Origin: Vitrella brassicaformis CCMP3155
Lineage: Eukaryota; Protista; Chromerida
Length of the DNA: 64,000 nucleotides
Direction: 5' to 3'
Assembly: GCA_001179505.1 (NCBI GenBank)
Contig: CDMY01000153.1
Span: 117,393 to 181,392, forward strand
Below the pieces are notes generated by a model. It did not search any database, had not been told where the DNA came from, and worked only from the letters and a program-made list of their open reading frames with translations. Within the stretch, counting starts at the first letter, position 1, and each line of letters opens with the position of its first letter. The translations under genes and the position numbers were made by a program. Below are positions 24,801-39,109 of this stretch, piece by piece.

Positions 24801-27800
24801 GGTGGCCACCCCTCTTGGCGTTGTTGATGTTGACGTCTGCGGCGTGGTGTGTGTGTGGCTGCCTGGCCTGGTTGATGAGCTCGGCGTGGTAGAGTGCGAT
24901 GGCGTTCCAGTCGGCGTGGACGGCGCAGATCTCTTCGTACCACGGGTGGAGGTTCATGAGGCTCGACAGCAGGTGGCCCAGCTGCTCCATCCGGCAGTAG
25001 AGCGACACACACACAGGATCGTTCTCCTACAAACAAACAAGCAGACGGACGGACGGACATTGACACACGCGAACAGGTCACATCCCCCCCCCCTCCCACC
25101 GAGATGCCAGCCCAGCCCCCGCAGGTACGTGTGTACGTACCTGTTGTGCGAGCTCCTGAATGATGTTTTGCTGTAGGCTGTCGAGGGCGATGTCGAGGAA
25201 CATGAAGTCCCGCACCACATGGATGTCTGTGCAGTGCCGCAGGATGGGGTAGATCAGCAGACGGGCCGTGCTCACACGAAGAAACCTGACACACAGACAG
25301 ACAGACAGACAGACGGTATATACCAACCAACCCGTGACGGCGTGTGGGTAGAGGGTGCTGTCTGGAGAGCAGGAAGGAGTGCGTCCTTACTGTGAGTTGT
25401 CACATGCGCCGGGGTAGTTGAGTATCTCATCCAGCGCCTCCTCCAACTCCATTGTCAACGAATTCCTAATTGACCACGGACAGGACAGACACACAGACCA
25501 AACCATGCACCCTACCCTACCCTCTCTCACACCTGCGCCCTTCCTTCCTGCGCCCCTCCCTGACGGCTCACCTGGCATAGGCTACGGCCGTCCTGAGGTC
25601 TGTGGGGTCATGCACCGCCTTGAGCACCTTCAAGTACTCCTCGAAGTCCTTGACCAGCTCGTCCCGCTCACGCCGCTTGCTGTGGCTGGCAACGCCGCCG
25701 GGCGAGTGGTGCGACCCGCCTGGCGTGCCGGGCGGCGTGCTGCCGGTGCTGCTGCGGCCGCCCGGTGCGGGGGCGTCGAAGCAGGAGAAGCATGGGTCGA
25801 CCTCCATGGGGTGCTCGGGGGTGCCGATGGAGGCGCGAGTGAGGCCGCCGTCTTCGAGTGTGCCCCAGTAGTCGGACACCTGACCCGACTTCAAATACGC
25901 CAACAGACCCTGATGAATGAAGCACACCACACGGCAGACAGACAGACACAATGAGCATGCCACACACAGGTGAGGTGTCATAACATCACATCCCCCTCAC
26001 TCACTGACCTTGCAGATGAGTAGGTCGTCTGGTGTGGGGTTGTGTGTGACTTTTTTGAGCCACTGGTCGAGGAACTGGCTGTGCGATTGTGGTCTGCCAG
26101 GTCGGTGGATGATCTGGTAGAGGTCGTGCTCGATCCGCTGGCCGCTACTGACGCTCCCGCGCCCGAGCATGGCCAGGATCATCCGGATGATCGGACGGTT
26201 CTTCACCGACGAACGCCAGAAGTGACACAGCGTCAACGACAGCTGGTTCCCCGCCGCCGCCAAAGTCTTGGGGTGCGTCGTCGAGCCACCCCGCTGGCAA
26301 TCCAACACCCGCAGACTCGCGAACCTTAACACATACACGACACGGCAGAAAACAGGCAGGTGATCCGATCCATGTGGGTTGGCGGCTGGTGTGTTGGGTG
26401 GGGTGGTGTGCGGTGTTTGGGGTGTCTGTCCTGTCTTACTTGAACCAGACGTAGATCCAGGCCCACACGTCGATGTCAGCCTTGCTCAGCGAATCGTCAT
26501 CGAGCAACTCCTGGTGGCACACAAGCACACACACACACACACATCCATCTATCTGTGCCAGGTACCACCCACTTCCCTTCCTTCCCCCCAAGGTCACTCT
26601 CTTGTCGATCCATCCATCCATCCGACCTGGCAAAGGCTGTATCTCTGGACGATGGACCATGCGGGCCTCTGCAGCTCTGCGCGTAGTATCTTGTCGACGA
26701 GTGGCTGCAGGCGGCCCCGCCACACCTCCTGGGGGGTGTCGCGCCTGGTCTTGATGAAGAAATCGCACCGCTGGCCGTCCTTGAACCACCGCGGCCCGTT
26801 GGCCTCCCGAAACACAAACCACAGCCCAAACACCTCCGCCTCGCGCTTCTCCTCAGACACCTGCATGGATGCCATGGTGGGTGGATCCACACACACGAAT
26901 GCAGCCCTCACGGAGATACAGACACCCTACCACCCCTCGTGTATGTCTGAGTGTGTGCTGCACTGCACTGCACTAACACTGACTGACTGACCCCTTTGGG
27001 GAGTTCAAGGTTGACGGTCTGAAGCCCGCTGGAGGGGTCGGTGCGCAGCCGGGTCTCACACGCCATCGACGACACGGCCGTCGTGTCCTCGGGCCTGACA
27101 AATAGACAGAGGCAGGCAGGCAGGCAGGCAGCGCAACGCAACACACAGCACACGAGACAGACAACACAGCACAACAGGCAGGCAGTCACACAAGGTGGGG
27201 GTTGAAGCAAGCACACATCCGACGTCCATCCATCCCTCAGGGTGTCTGACTGTCCGCTACGCTGCGCACCAGTATTCTCGCTTGGGGAGTGCCCACTCCC
27301 TGGACCGGCGTGTGAGGCAGACGCCCCAGTGGAAGGTGAGGGGGATGGGCTGGTTGGCGCCCTCGACGCTCGCTATCACCTGCACCTTCACCGAGTGGTG
27401 CGAGTCGTCGTACGCCACCACGTCGACCTCCCCTATCACACCACTCGAAGGGCCGTCCCCGACAGACATCGAGTCACGCACCTGACAAGACAAGACACAC
27501 ACATACACATGACATGGGGGTGGTCTCTCCCTGTGTGTATGGGAATGAATGCTGGATTGCTGGGGGGGGGAGCTAGTCAATGTGCTGCCTACCCTACCTG
27601 GTAGGTTCTAAAGAAAATCATGTCTTGCTCCTTGGCCTTCCTCTCGAGGCGCAGCTGCACCAGGTTGCCCTTCCGCTGCCGGAACTGGTGAACCATCGGC
27701 TGAATCACATCACACAACACACAGACGGTGTGTATGTATGCGGGAGGGAGGCGACCGGCGAGTGGTGTGGCTGGCTGGCTGGCGCATTCATTGACTGACC

Positions 27801-29058
27801 CACATCCATCCATCATACCTACATACCTGTTGTTTGCTTTTGTCTTGTGCCTCGCGGACGTCCCTGAGCCTCTGCTGCCACACCTTTGAGTAGGGGATGG
27901 GCACCAAGAAGTCGCCACCCAGGTACTTGACCCACTCATTCTGATACATACATACACACAATCGAATCGACAGACATGTATGTCATGCAGCCACCCATCC
28001 ATCCTGTGAGTGCTGTGCGCCTCCGTCCGTCGGTCCATACATACATACATACCGAGTGTCTGCTTTTGAGGACGAATGCCATCTGGCGGGGGCTGATGGA
28101 GTAGGGCATGACGAGCCGCACCGACTGCACGGCATAGGTGCCGCCACCATGCACACCACGGTGCAGCAACGTCTGCACAGAACCGCCACCTCGCGGCGTC
28201 GGCGGGTTCTCTACTGTGTCCACCGGCCTACATATCATGGCAGCAGCCAACAAACCAACCAACACGAACACACACATCTCCACTCCACTCCACATGGCTG
28301 GCTGGCCCGTGTGTTGTGTTCCGCCTTGTCTGTCGGTCTGTTTGTCCGGTGCAGTGCAGTGCTGACCTCAGCCTTGGCTCAGGCATGGTCCACCTATCTG
28401 TCTTGTCGTCGGTCTCGACACACCCCCAGTGGAGCAGTACGTCGAAGCCGACATTGGTGAGGACCTCGACCTCCGCCCGGTCGTCCTGCGTCCAAATGAA
28501 GACGTCCAGCGAGCACTGGTGCTGGGGCAGCTCGAACTTCATGTTGACGGCAGGGAGCCGGTCCACCAGGGCCTGCCGCACCTCGGCCATCTGCAGGTCG
28601 CTGATGACCGTCTTGATGGGGAAGAAAAAGTTGTTGATGCCCGGCCGCACCCACTTGTCGGCCCCGGTGCCGTCGTCCTTCTGGTACAGCACAAACTGGA
28701 AGCCCAGCGGCACCTCGGCAGCGGGGCCGAAGTCTATCACCACCGTCTGCCGCGACGACGTCCCACCGCCACCGGCCACCGCACCGACAGGCGAGAATGG
28801 CGTGCGGACAGCACCATTGATGACCTCGCTGCCAGGCGGTATGATTTCGGGGATGGGTACGGCCCACTCGGTGGTGCTGCGGAGACACACGCCCCAGTGG
28901 AGGAAGAGCTGCGAGGCGCTGGCGCCGCTGCCGACCGTCGTGGTGACCTTGACGCGCACGGCGCTAAGGTCGGTGGTCTCATCGAGGCTGATCGACACCA
29001 CCTTGCCGTCGCTCAGCGTGTACAGCACCGACCTCTTGGGGTCCAGGCCCTGACGCAT
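21840..29058 (-). CDS. GWD: Alpha-glucan water dikinase (GWD) with three N-terminal CBM45-like modules
   Basis: Phosphohistidine motif EEIPEGLVGVLVRHGSEGPDLLSHLAVRARN (~23815-23900). Nucleotide-binding domain ...ECIKKVWASMFSLRPW...LAILAQEVVPPDYAFIIHTCNP...ELYAEIVVGLGEAL...SKSVGL...IFRADPNAQKLEG|AGMFGSY...GGPQDIEGLIKSNQIIIVQTRPQ; stop at 21840-21842. LHWG/FHWG CBM45 motifs upstream. The start ATG at 29058 is tentative. Confidence 0.93.
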
Positions 29059-29328
29059 ACTCAAATGCTCACTCGCCAAGTCAGGTAAGCCGCACTCGGT
29101 GGACCCAAGGGGACGAAAGAGATAGACAGATAGACGCTATCACGGACGGGTCAGACGACACCATCGGCCCTGTCAAGGAAAGGACTCGTCTCATTGCGAG
29201 CTCTGACTTTCTTTCTTGCGAGCTGTGAGAGATTGTTGAGCTCTCCCCGCGGCGGTGTGGGCGCTGCCCGTGTAGCAAGCACATCGGCTTGTGGCAGTTG
29301 AAGCCTGGGTCGAGGCGGCGGCATACAT
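29059..29328. promoter_or_regulatory. Putative bidirectional promoter, GWD / Kelch-BTB
   Basis: About 270 bp, nearly SSR-free, between divergent genes. Confidence 0.45.
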
Positions 29329-32316
29329 ATGGCGCATTTCTGGACGACCCCTTCGACCAACAGCTGCCCAGGTCCCCGCGCGGCGCACTCGTGTGACGTG
29401 TTGGAGGGGAAGCTCTATGTGTTTGGCGGGTGGAACGGCAAGAAGGCTCTCAACGACCTTCACGTCCTCGACGTCGCCAAGGGGGAGTGGCACGAAGTCG
29501 TGCCCAATCGCAACGCTCCCGCCGAACGAAACAATGTAAGGAGGCATGGCATGCAAACACACACGCAGCCAGCGAGGCCACCAGACAGGCAGACAGACAG
29601 ACAGACAGAGGCCGACAGATGGATGGATCACTCACTGCTATGCTGGTGGATGTGCTGTGCTGTGTGTGTTGGATCCATCCATGCATCCGTCATGATATGG
29701 GTCGGTCACTCACCGCATGCAGCACACGACTGCCGTAGTGGGTTCCAAGCTGTTTGTGCACGGCGGCCACGACGGGTCCAAGTGGCTGCAGGACCTTCAC
29801 GTCCTCGACACATCCACCGCACAGAGGGGCAAGCTGGACGAACTCGCATGGGTCAGGCCAGCAGCTTCAGGAAGCGTAAGCAGAGCAACCAAGACGGCCT
29901 GCTGGGCTGCTACATATGCTGCTCTCTGTGTGCATGTCTGGGTGTGTGTTGGACAGGCCCCTTCGGCCCGGGCGTGTCACACCCTCACACGTGTCGGGAG
30001 GAAGCTGTACATGTTTGGCGGGTCGGTGGATGGATGGATGGATGGATGGGCAAAGCAAAGCAAAAGCACCTCAGCTCAGCTGTGTGTGGTGCCTTCATTG
30101 CAATCATTCAGTGGTGCCTATGTATCGGTGTGTCGGTGTGTCGGTTTGTGTGTGTAGGTATGACGGTACCAAGTGCTTCAATGACATGGACGTGTTGGAC
30201 CTGGACACCATGACGTGGATACAGCCCAACCTCACCGGCACCATCCCGCAGGCACGCCAGCACACCACAGCACACACTCACACACACACAGAGGGGGGAG
30301 GGAGAGACTCTGTGCACTCACTGTGTGTCGTGTGTGCACTGCAGGCCCGCAACGCCCACACGATGACGGTGATAACGACCAAGCTGTACCTGTTTGGCGG
30401 CCACAGCGGCAACAAGCACCTCACCGACCTGCACGTCTTCGACACCACCAAGTTGATGTGGGCGCAGGTCAGTCAGGCGAGTCAGTCAGTGAGGGAGGCA
30501 GGAGCGGACGCTCCACAACACACAACACAACAGAGCAGCAGTACATGTATGTAATGTGTGCTTGTGTGTGTGGTGGGTCAGCCCGAGATTCAGGGTACGC
30601 CGCCGCCCGGGCTGCGGGGCCACACGGCCAACCTCATCGGACACAAAATATTCCTATTCGGAGGGTAAGCAGGCAGGGCAGCCAGCTGACGGACGGAGTG
30701 GCTGAGTCAGTCAGTCAGGTCATGTCAGCCACTATCCCCCGTGTGTGTGTGTGTGTGTGTGTGCAGGTATGACGGCAAGGGTCGCTCCAACGACTTGTAC
30801 ATCCTCGATACGGCACTTATGAGATGGATTCACCCAGCGTACGCACACACACAGAGGGAAGGAGTTGCCATGTGTGTCTGGATGGATGGATGGATGGATG
30901 GATCGCTGGCTGGCTGGCTGTGTGCAGGGAGTCCGAGAATGCGCCCACGGGTCGGCAGCGGCACTCGGCGTCGCTGATCGGCTCCAAGAAACTGTACATA
31001 TTCGGCGGATTCGACGGAAATAAATGGTGGGGGACACAACAATGGCCTGGCCGCTCGTGTGTTGGGTGTGGGTGTGGTGTGTGCGGTGCGGTGCGGTGCA
31101 TACCTACACTCATCGATCGCATTAATCAATGGTGCAGGTTGAACGATTTGCATGTTCTAGACATCGGCCGGCTCGAGGAGGACGCGCTCAACGACGTGGC
31201 GGTATGGACGGACGCGGTCACACCAGTCTCCCTTCACACATACGCAGCGCGGCGTCCCTGTCTGTCTGTGTCCCCCCTCCGCGCCTTCTTCCTCTCCCTC
31301 AGGTTCGGAACTTGATCGACAACATGCGCAAGCTGGTCAACAACTCAGAGTTCTCAGACATCACAATGTGAGTGAGCGAGCGAGGAGGGAGCATCCGATG
31401 AGCGACACACACACACACACACACACACACAGGCAGCCACTCACTCTGTGCGATGTGTGTCGACTGATGGGTCGGCCGGTCCATCCATCCATTTATCAGA
31501 GTAGTGGAGAATCGCGAGATCCACGCGCACAAGGCCATACTGGTGGCGCAGTGTGAGCACTTCAGGGCCATGTTCACCACACAGATGAAGGAGTCATTCG
31601 AATCAAAGGTACGTACGTACGTATGGGCTGACTCACAGCCAGCCACACCCACATGTGTGTGGATGGATGGATGGATGTGTGTTGTCTGTCTTCAATCAAT
31701 TGCAGGTCATCATCCCCGAGTGGTCATACAACTCCTTCATGGCCATGCTGGAGTTCCTCTACACCGGTCAGCCACCCCCACCAGACAGACAGACAATCAG
31801 AGCATCCTCTGTCTGTCTTTGATTGATTGTCATTTAGGGCGGATCACTGATTTGTCGACCGACATAACCGGGGAGCTGCTGGGTTTGGCGGACCACTACA
31901 CGCTGGACGGCCTGAAGCAGCTGTGCGAGAACATACTCATCCACTCGGTCGAGATAGACAACGTCTGTAACCTCCTCAAACAAGCCGACCAGTACCAGGT
32001 ACACACATGCTTACACACACACACTGGGAGGGAGGGAGGGAGGGAGGGATGGAGGGAGGCATGGCTCTTGTTCTTGTGTTGTGTTTCCCCACCCACACCA
32101 GGCGACTGACCTCAAGAACCACTGCTTGACGTACCTAATCAAGAACTTTGACGCCGTGTCAAAGTAAGCAAGACCTCACCGCCTGCATGACACTATACTA
32201 CGCACACCTCGGTCATCGACCCCTCTCCTCCCTCCCTCCCTCCCTCACCTGTCAGGACGACGTCGTTTGAGGATTTGAAGGAGAAGCCCTCGCTCCTACT
32301 CGAAGTCACCAAGTGA
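29329..32316 (+). CDS. Kelch-repeat + BTB/POZ + BACK protein (LZTR1-like order; putative Cullin3 adaptor)
   Basis: Six kelch repeats (e.g. PRAAHSCDVLEGKLYVFGGWNG, HTLTRVGRKLYMFGGYDG, ARNAHTMTVITTKLYLFGGHSG, RQRHSASLIGSKKLYIFGGFDG). Then BTB FSDIT-VVENREIHAHKAILVAQCEHFRAMF...MLEFLYTG...LLGLADHYTLDGLKQLCE and a BACK-like tail; TGA at 32314-32316. Confidence 0.92.
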
Positions 32317-33600
32317 GCCGACCGTCACTTGGTGACACACACTGCGTGTCGTGTGCACCTGTGTGTATGTGTGTGCTGTGCAGGCAAATGGCCTCGGCCA
32401 ACCACAAGTGACCTTCAATCGCTCGCAGACAGGCAGGCAGCCAGGCAGCCGCCGCCATTTGTTGCTCGTTGCCTGCCTGTCTGTACGGCTGGCTGCATGG
32501 CATGCCTCTCGATCGGTCGGTCGGATGCTCGCCCTTCCATGCCCCGACCGACCGGCCGGCCATCCCTCCCATTGACCCAACCAACGCGAGTGTATGTGTC
32601 TATGTGTGTGTGTGTGTATGAGTGTGTCTGTTGCTCTGCTCCATCGATTCTGAATGCTGCCATTCATGTTGGTACGTACAGGCGGCCGGGCCCCCGTATG
32701 TAGCCAGACGAGACAGAGTGGTTCTATTTGTAGTCGGGCGGGAGATCGGCCGAGTCACATCGCGTGCTGTGCTGTGCATGGGGCGCGGTGGCATGTATGC
32801 CTGTCGAATACACACATACATGTGATTTCTGGTCGCCTCTCTGCTCGATCGGGGCGGTGCGGGACGGTGCGGTACAGGCTGTGGAAAGCTTTTTTGCCAT
32901 GTGGCGGACGGCGGGGCGGGCAGGGGGAGCGGAGCCAGCACACCGCCGCGCCTGAAAAGGCGATAGATCGATACACACATACATATGTATACATACGCAT
33001 GTACGTACGCACGTACATGTATGTATGTATGTATGTACGATGGATGGACGTTGCTTAATTCCGGCCCGGCCAGCCCGGTGGGGGGGTGGGTGGGGGAGAA
33101 ACTCACTCGTGCCGTACATCACGGCTTCTTCCTTCTCCCTCCCTTGCTTTGGTTCCTCCCTCCCTCCTTTTGTGTACAGACAGGTCAATATATTTTGATT
33201 GTATTGGTTTCTTGTCTACTACTGACCGGTCGGGTTCTTTTTCCGTCCACCGTCCATGCCATGCTGCGGGCCGGGCGGCTGCCTTTGTATCGACCGCTGG
33301 GCTGGTCTGCCTGGCCGTCCGTGGGTCACACCACCGGTGCATGTGTGTGCGTATGTCTGTGTGTGTGTGTGTTGGTACGCACGGTCCATGCATACGGACG
33401 GACATACATGGACTCACTCACTCACTCTGCTTCTTGTCTCGTCATTCGTGTACCTATCTATCTAATCTTCTGGCTGTGTTGGTCGGTGACGCGATCGATT
33501 CACACAACCACCGCGCATCCAGCACGATTACCAACATCAACATGCGCATCAATCTGATCAGTCGTCACGCACTCATGCACTCAGTCAAGCGGCCATTCAT

Positions 33601-36600
33601 TCATTTGTTCAGTCGTCCCTTCACTCTCGACGGAGTGGACGGGAGGCTCTTCACCGCACCCCCGTGTCTGTCCATCGCTGCGACGTCCAGATGCCGCCTG
33701 GGCTGCACATCAGATGCATGGTCGCTCTCGCTCCGAAAGAGGTAGCGCGGCACTGAAACAGTCACCGCCATCGATCGGGACGCTGCATGACATGACACAG
33801 CGACAACAAAGCGAACAAAGCCGCCGCACATGCACACATGCACACATGCACGGAGGCAGATGGATGGATGGATGGCATCGCTCACCTGAGACAGTGAAGT
33901 CCTGCGTCGTCGGGAGCTGCCTCTCTGTCGCCTCCTACACAACGGACGTCACGTGAGGTAATCAATCAGCCACACACTTAGTCCGTCAGCCAGTCAGTCA
34001 GTCAGTTCCAATTGGATGCAATCAATGCCACCTATGTGATGTGTACCTCCGGCTCTCGGTCCGTCGACATCTCAAGCGACGACACAGCCCTTATCCTGGG
34101 AGACTGAACCAATATTAATGGAGGCGCCTCTCCGCGCCTCGCAGGGCTACCCAGCGGCAGCGGCGGCACCACCGGCCCGCTCCCTTCATCCCGCTTCGGT
34201 GTCGCACGTGTCTCCTCCTCTTGTCGAAGGCTAAGCGGCGGAGGGAGGTGTCGTACAGACAGAGGGGGCGGGGGCGGGGGGCTATGTATGTTGCGATGAG
34301 ACGAGAGGGTGGTGAGGCTGGGCCCATAGCCGCACTCCATCTCCCACGGCCGGACCGTCCCTCCCCCCTGACATGAATGACACAAACAAAACATGGAGGG
34401 AGACACAAGTTCGTACGTACGGTCAACACGACAGACACGATTTCCTCTCACTCACTTACAGGGTAGTAATAGTGCGTCCCCTTAGACCACCGATCGGTCT
34501 GCGTCTCTGTCTGTATTGGCGGCTCCCGCGGTGCTCCTCCCGCTTGGCAACGCCCGCCTCCCCGACACATGGCCTCACGCAGTTTCTTACGGTATGAGGG
34601 CTCGTCAAGCCCTGACCAGGTCGTGTCTCCCTTGCCCTTGGCCCGGCCCCGACGCACGATGAGGTCATGGGGCAGCCGTGGCTGATCAGTGTGGACGCAG
34701 CCAAGAATGAAGCTGTCGGAACTGTCAGTCGTAGGGGCCCGTGCATAGGTGCGGGTGGGAAGGGGGTAGGCATGCGCATGTGGAGCAGGCGGGGGGCGCT
34801 GCGGCCGCTGGATGAGTCGCTTCTCCGCCTCGGTGAGCGTTGGGGGCTGCTCGAGGGCCTCGTGGACGCGCATTGTCATGGCTGAGGGGAGAGGAGGGGA
34901 CAGGAGGGAGAGGATAGATAACCATGGTAGTTGTGAGTGACAAGAATGAATGCATTGCATGCCATGCAGTCAGTGAGTGTGTTGGTTTGCAGATGGATAG
35001 ATAGATACCCGATAGATTGAGGCAGCGAAGGGTTCTCTGCAGCGCCTCCTGCATACATACATACATACGTACCAGACCAACCAACGAACGAACAAATGAG
35101 TTGAGGGGCAGGCTCACCAAGTCATGTCTCACTGACTGACTGACTCACTCACTGACTCACTCTGGTTCGCTGGATGTCGACGTATATCAGCCAGTTGGAC
35201 CATGCCCTCAGCAGGTTCCTCCTGAACGGTGCGATGAAAGCATTCAGGTGACACGCCACAGCCTGCTCGGCACCAGACAACCCCACACCACCACTGCACA
35301 CACCACACACACATCCATACACACCAACAAGGAGAGAGAGAAAGGATTCGATGTTGTTGCCTGCATACACGCTTTACCCGTCTGCGGCGTCTCTCTGGAA
35401 GTGTGTCTGCAGGATGGAATTGAGGCGGTTCATGAGGGCGTGCACTGAGGACGAGCGCGACGGCAGGCTGTCGGCGAACTGGTTGAGCCGCACGTGGGCC
35501 TTCTTCATCATGTGCAGCTGGTGGGCACGTTCCTCTGGCAACACACGACTCGAACGCAGCTCCAGCCTGGACGAGACGAAGAGGTGCAAGCAGAAAGAAA
35601 CCACACATTCTTTCTCCTGCCTGCGTCCCTGGGCTCTTACTCGTCGGGCGACGGCGCTTTTGCTCGCCAGCCGCCCCGTGTGCCGTGTCTTGGTGCGCTT
35701 GTCCGTGAGGTCCACTTGTGGAATGCCCCCCAGAGCATGTCGTGCCTCACACGCCTGGCAACGCCGTGGACGGTGGTCTCGAACTTAACAATGCCCAGCA
35801 GCAGGCGAGATGCCACCCTCTCGCTTCGAAGGAAGGGCACTCTCCGGGCATTCTGCCAACGTGCAGAGAGAGAGGTTTGCAGAATATGTCCACATGACTA
35901 CCAGTCTGATGAGTGCTCGTCTGAGCCTCCGCTCCCATGCCATGGCCAAGGAGCGGTGGAGCAAACACACAGCCTGGTTATCGGTCGAGTGAAAGGGACA
36001 CATTGATTGCAGGCACAGGACAGGCTGCACATCTATCGCTCCCACTGACCTTGACACGCTGGAGATCGGGCGGTCCGCTGGGCAGGCATCGCGCCATGAC
36101 CCTTCTCACGATTCCCTCTGGCAGCCTCAGCTCCTCTCTCAGGTGTCTGTCCAGACACGCTGGCAGGGGGAGGGTCGTCTGACCACCGCCGCTGCTGGGA
36201 TCGACACGCGGCGGGCCGCTGCGACGGGGCGGCCCTTGGGGGGGCGACCTTGTGGCTGCTGTTGGCGGCCGGAGGTCGAATGAGGGCGGTGCCATGGAGG
36301 GCGGGGTTTTGGCAGACGGCTCAGATGGAATCAGAGATGGGATGGAATATCCACCCTGGCAGACAGACCAGACACACACAGGAAGACATCGCATGCCTAC
36401 AGTCAGTCAGTTGATTGATTCATTCTTGACGGGACCCATCCCGTCTCGTCTGTCTCACCGTCGCAGCCTGCTGTGGCGGCCGCATATGCACTGCCGGGCC
36501 ACGAGCCTTCCCCCGCCCTCTCGACAACGCCTCCCTCCCGGCCGGCCGTCTCCCGTTTGATGGCGGCGAGGGTGTGACTGTCCGCCTCTCTGGGCTCACC

Positions 36601-36917
36601 TGAGCCGATGTCTGGACTGGTGTGGCCACGGTTGAGCCGTACTGCGGTCCCTCGGTCCCCGGCAACTGACGCACCGGCGAGGCCGAGCGAGATCTCGGTG
36701 CTGGTGGACCAAACGTGTACTTTGCAACCAGCGGAGGGCCCCTTAGTTCAGTGGTGGTGACCACCTGCTGGCCCATCGGCATCGGCAGGTACTGGACAGA
36801 CGGGGAGACGGGACGCAGAGGGGAAAACGGCTGGGGTCGCTGCGCATGTTCGTATGTGACGTAGGCGGGGCCATAGGTGAAAGGCTGACTGTAGGAAGAA
36901 TACATCGGAGGATGCAT
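33601..36917 (-). CDS. Hypothetical Pro/Ser-rich protein with central helical Trp repeats (possibly Sfi1-like)
   Basis: Exons can be joined with GT-AG (e.g. REPE|EATERQLPTTQDFTVS|ASRSMAVTVSVPRY...RLNK*). N-terminus MHPPMYSSYSQPFTYGP. Middle exon junctions were only partly checked. Confidence 0.55.
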
Positions 36918-39103
<2,186 letters not shown>

Positions 39104-39109
39104 TGTGAT

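Noticed and set aside
28316-29088. 245-aa and 219-aa plus-strand ORFs
   Set aside because: Antisense shadows of the GC-rich GWD exon.
29329-32316. Kelch13 (K13) ortholog
   Set aside because: Domain order is Kelch then BTB (LZTR1-like), the reverse of K13.
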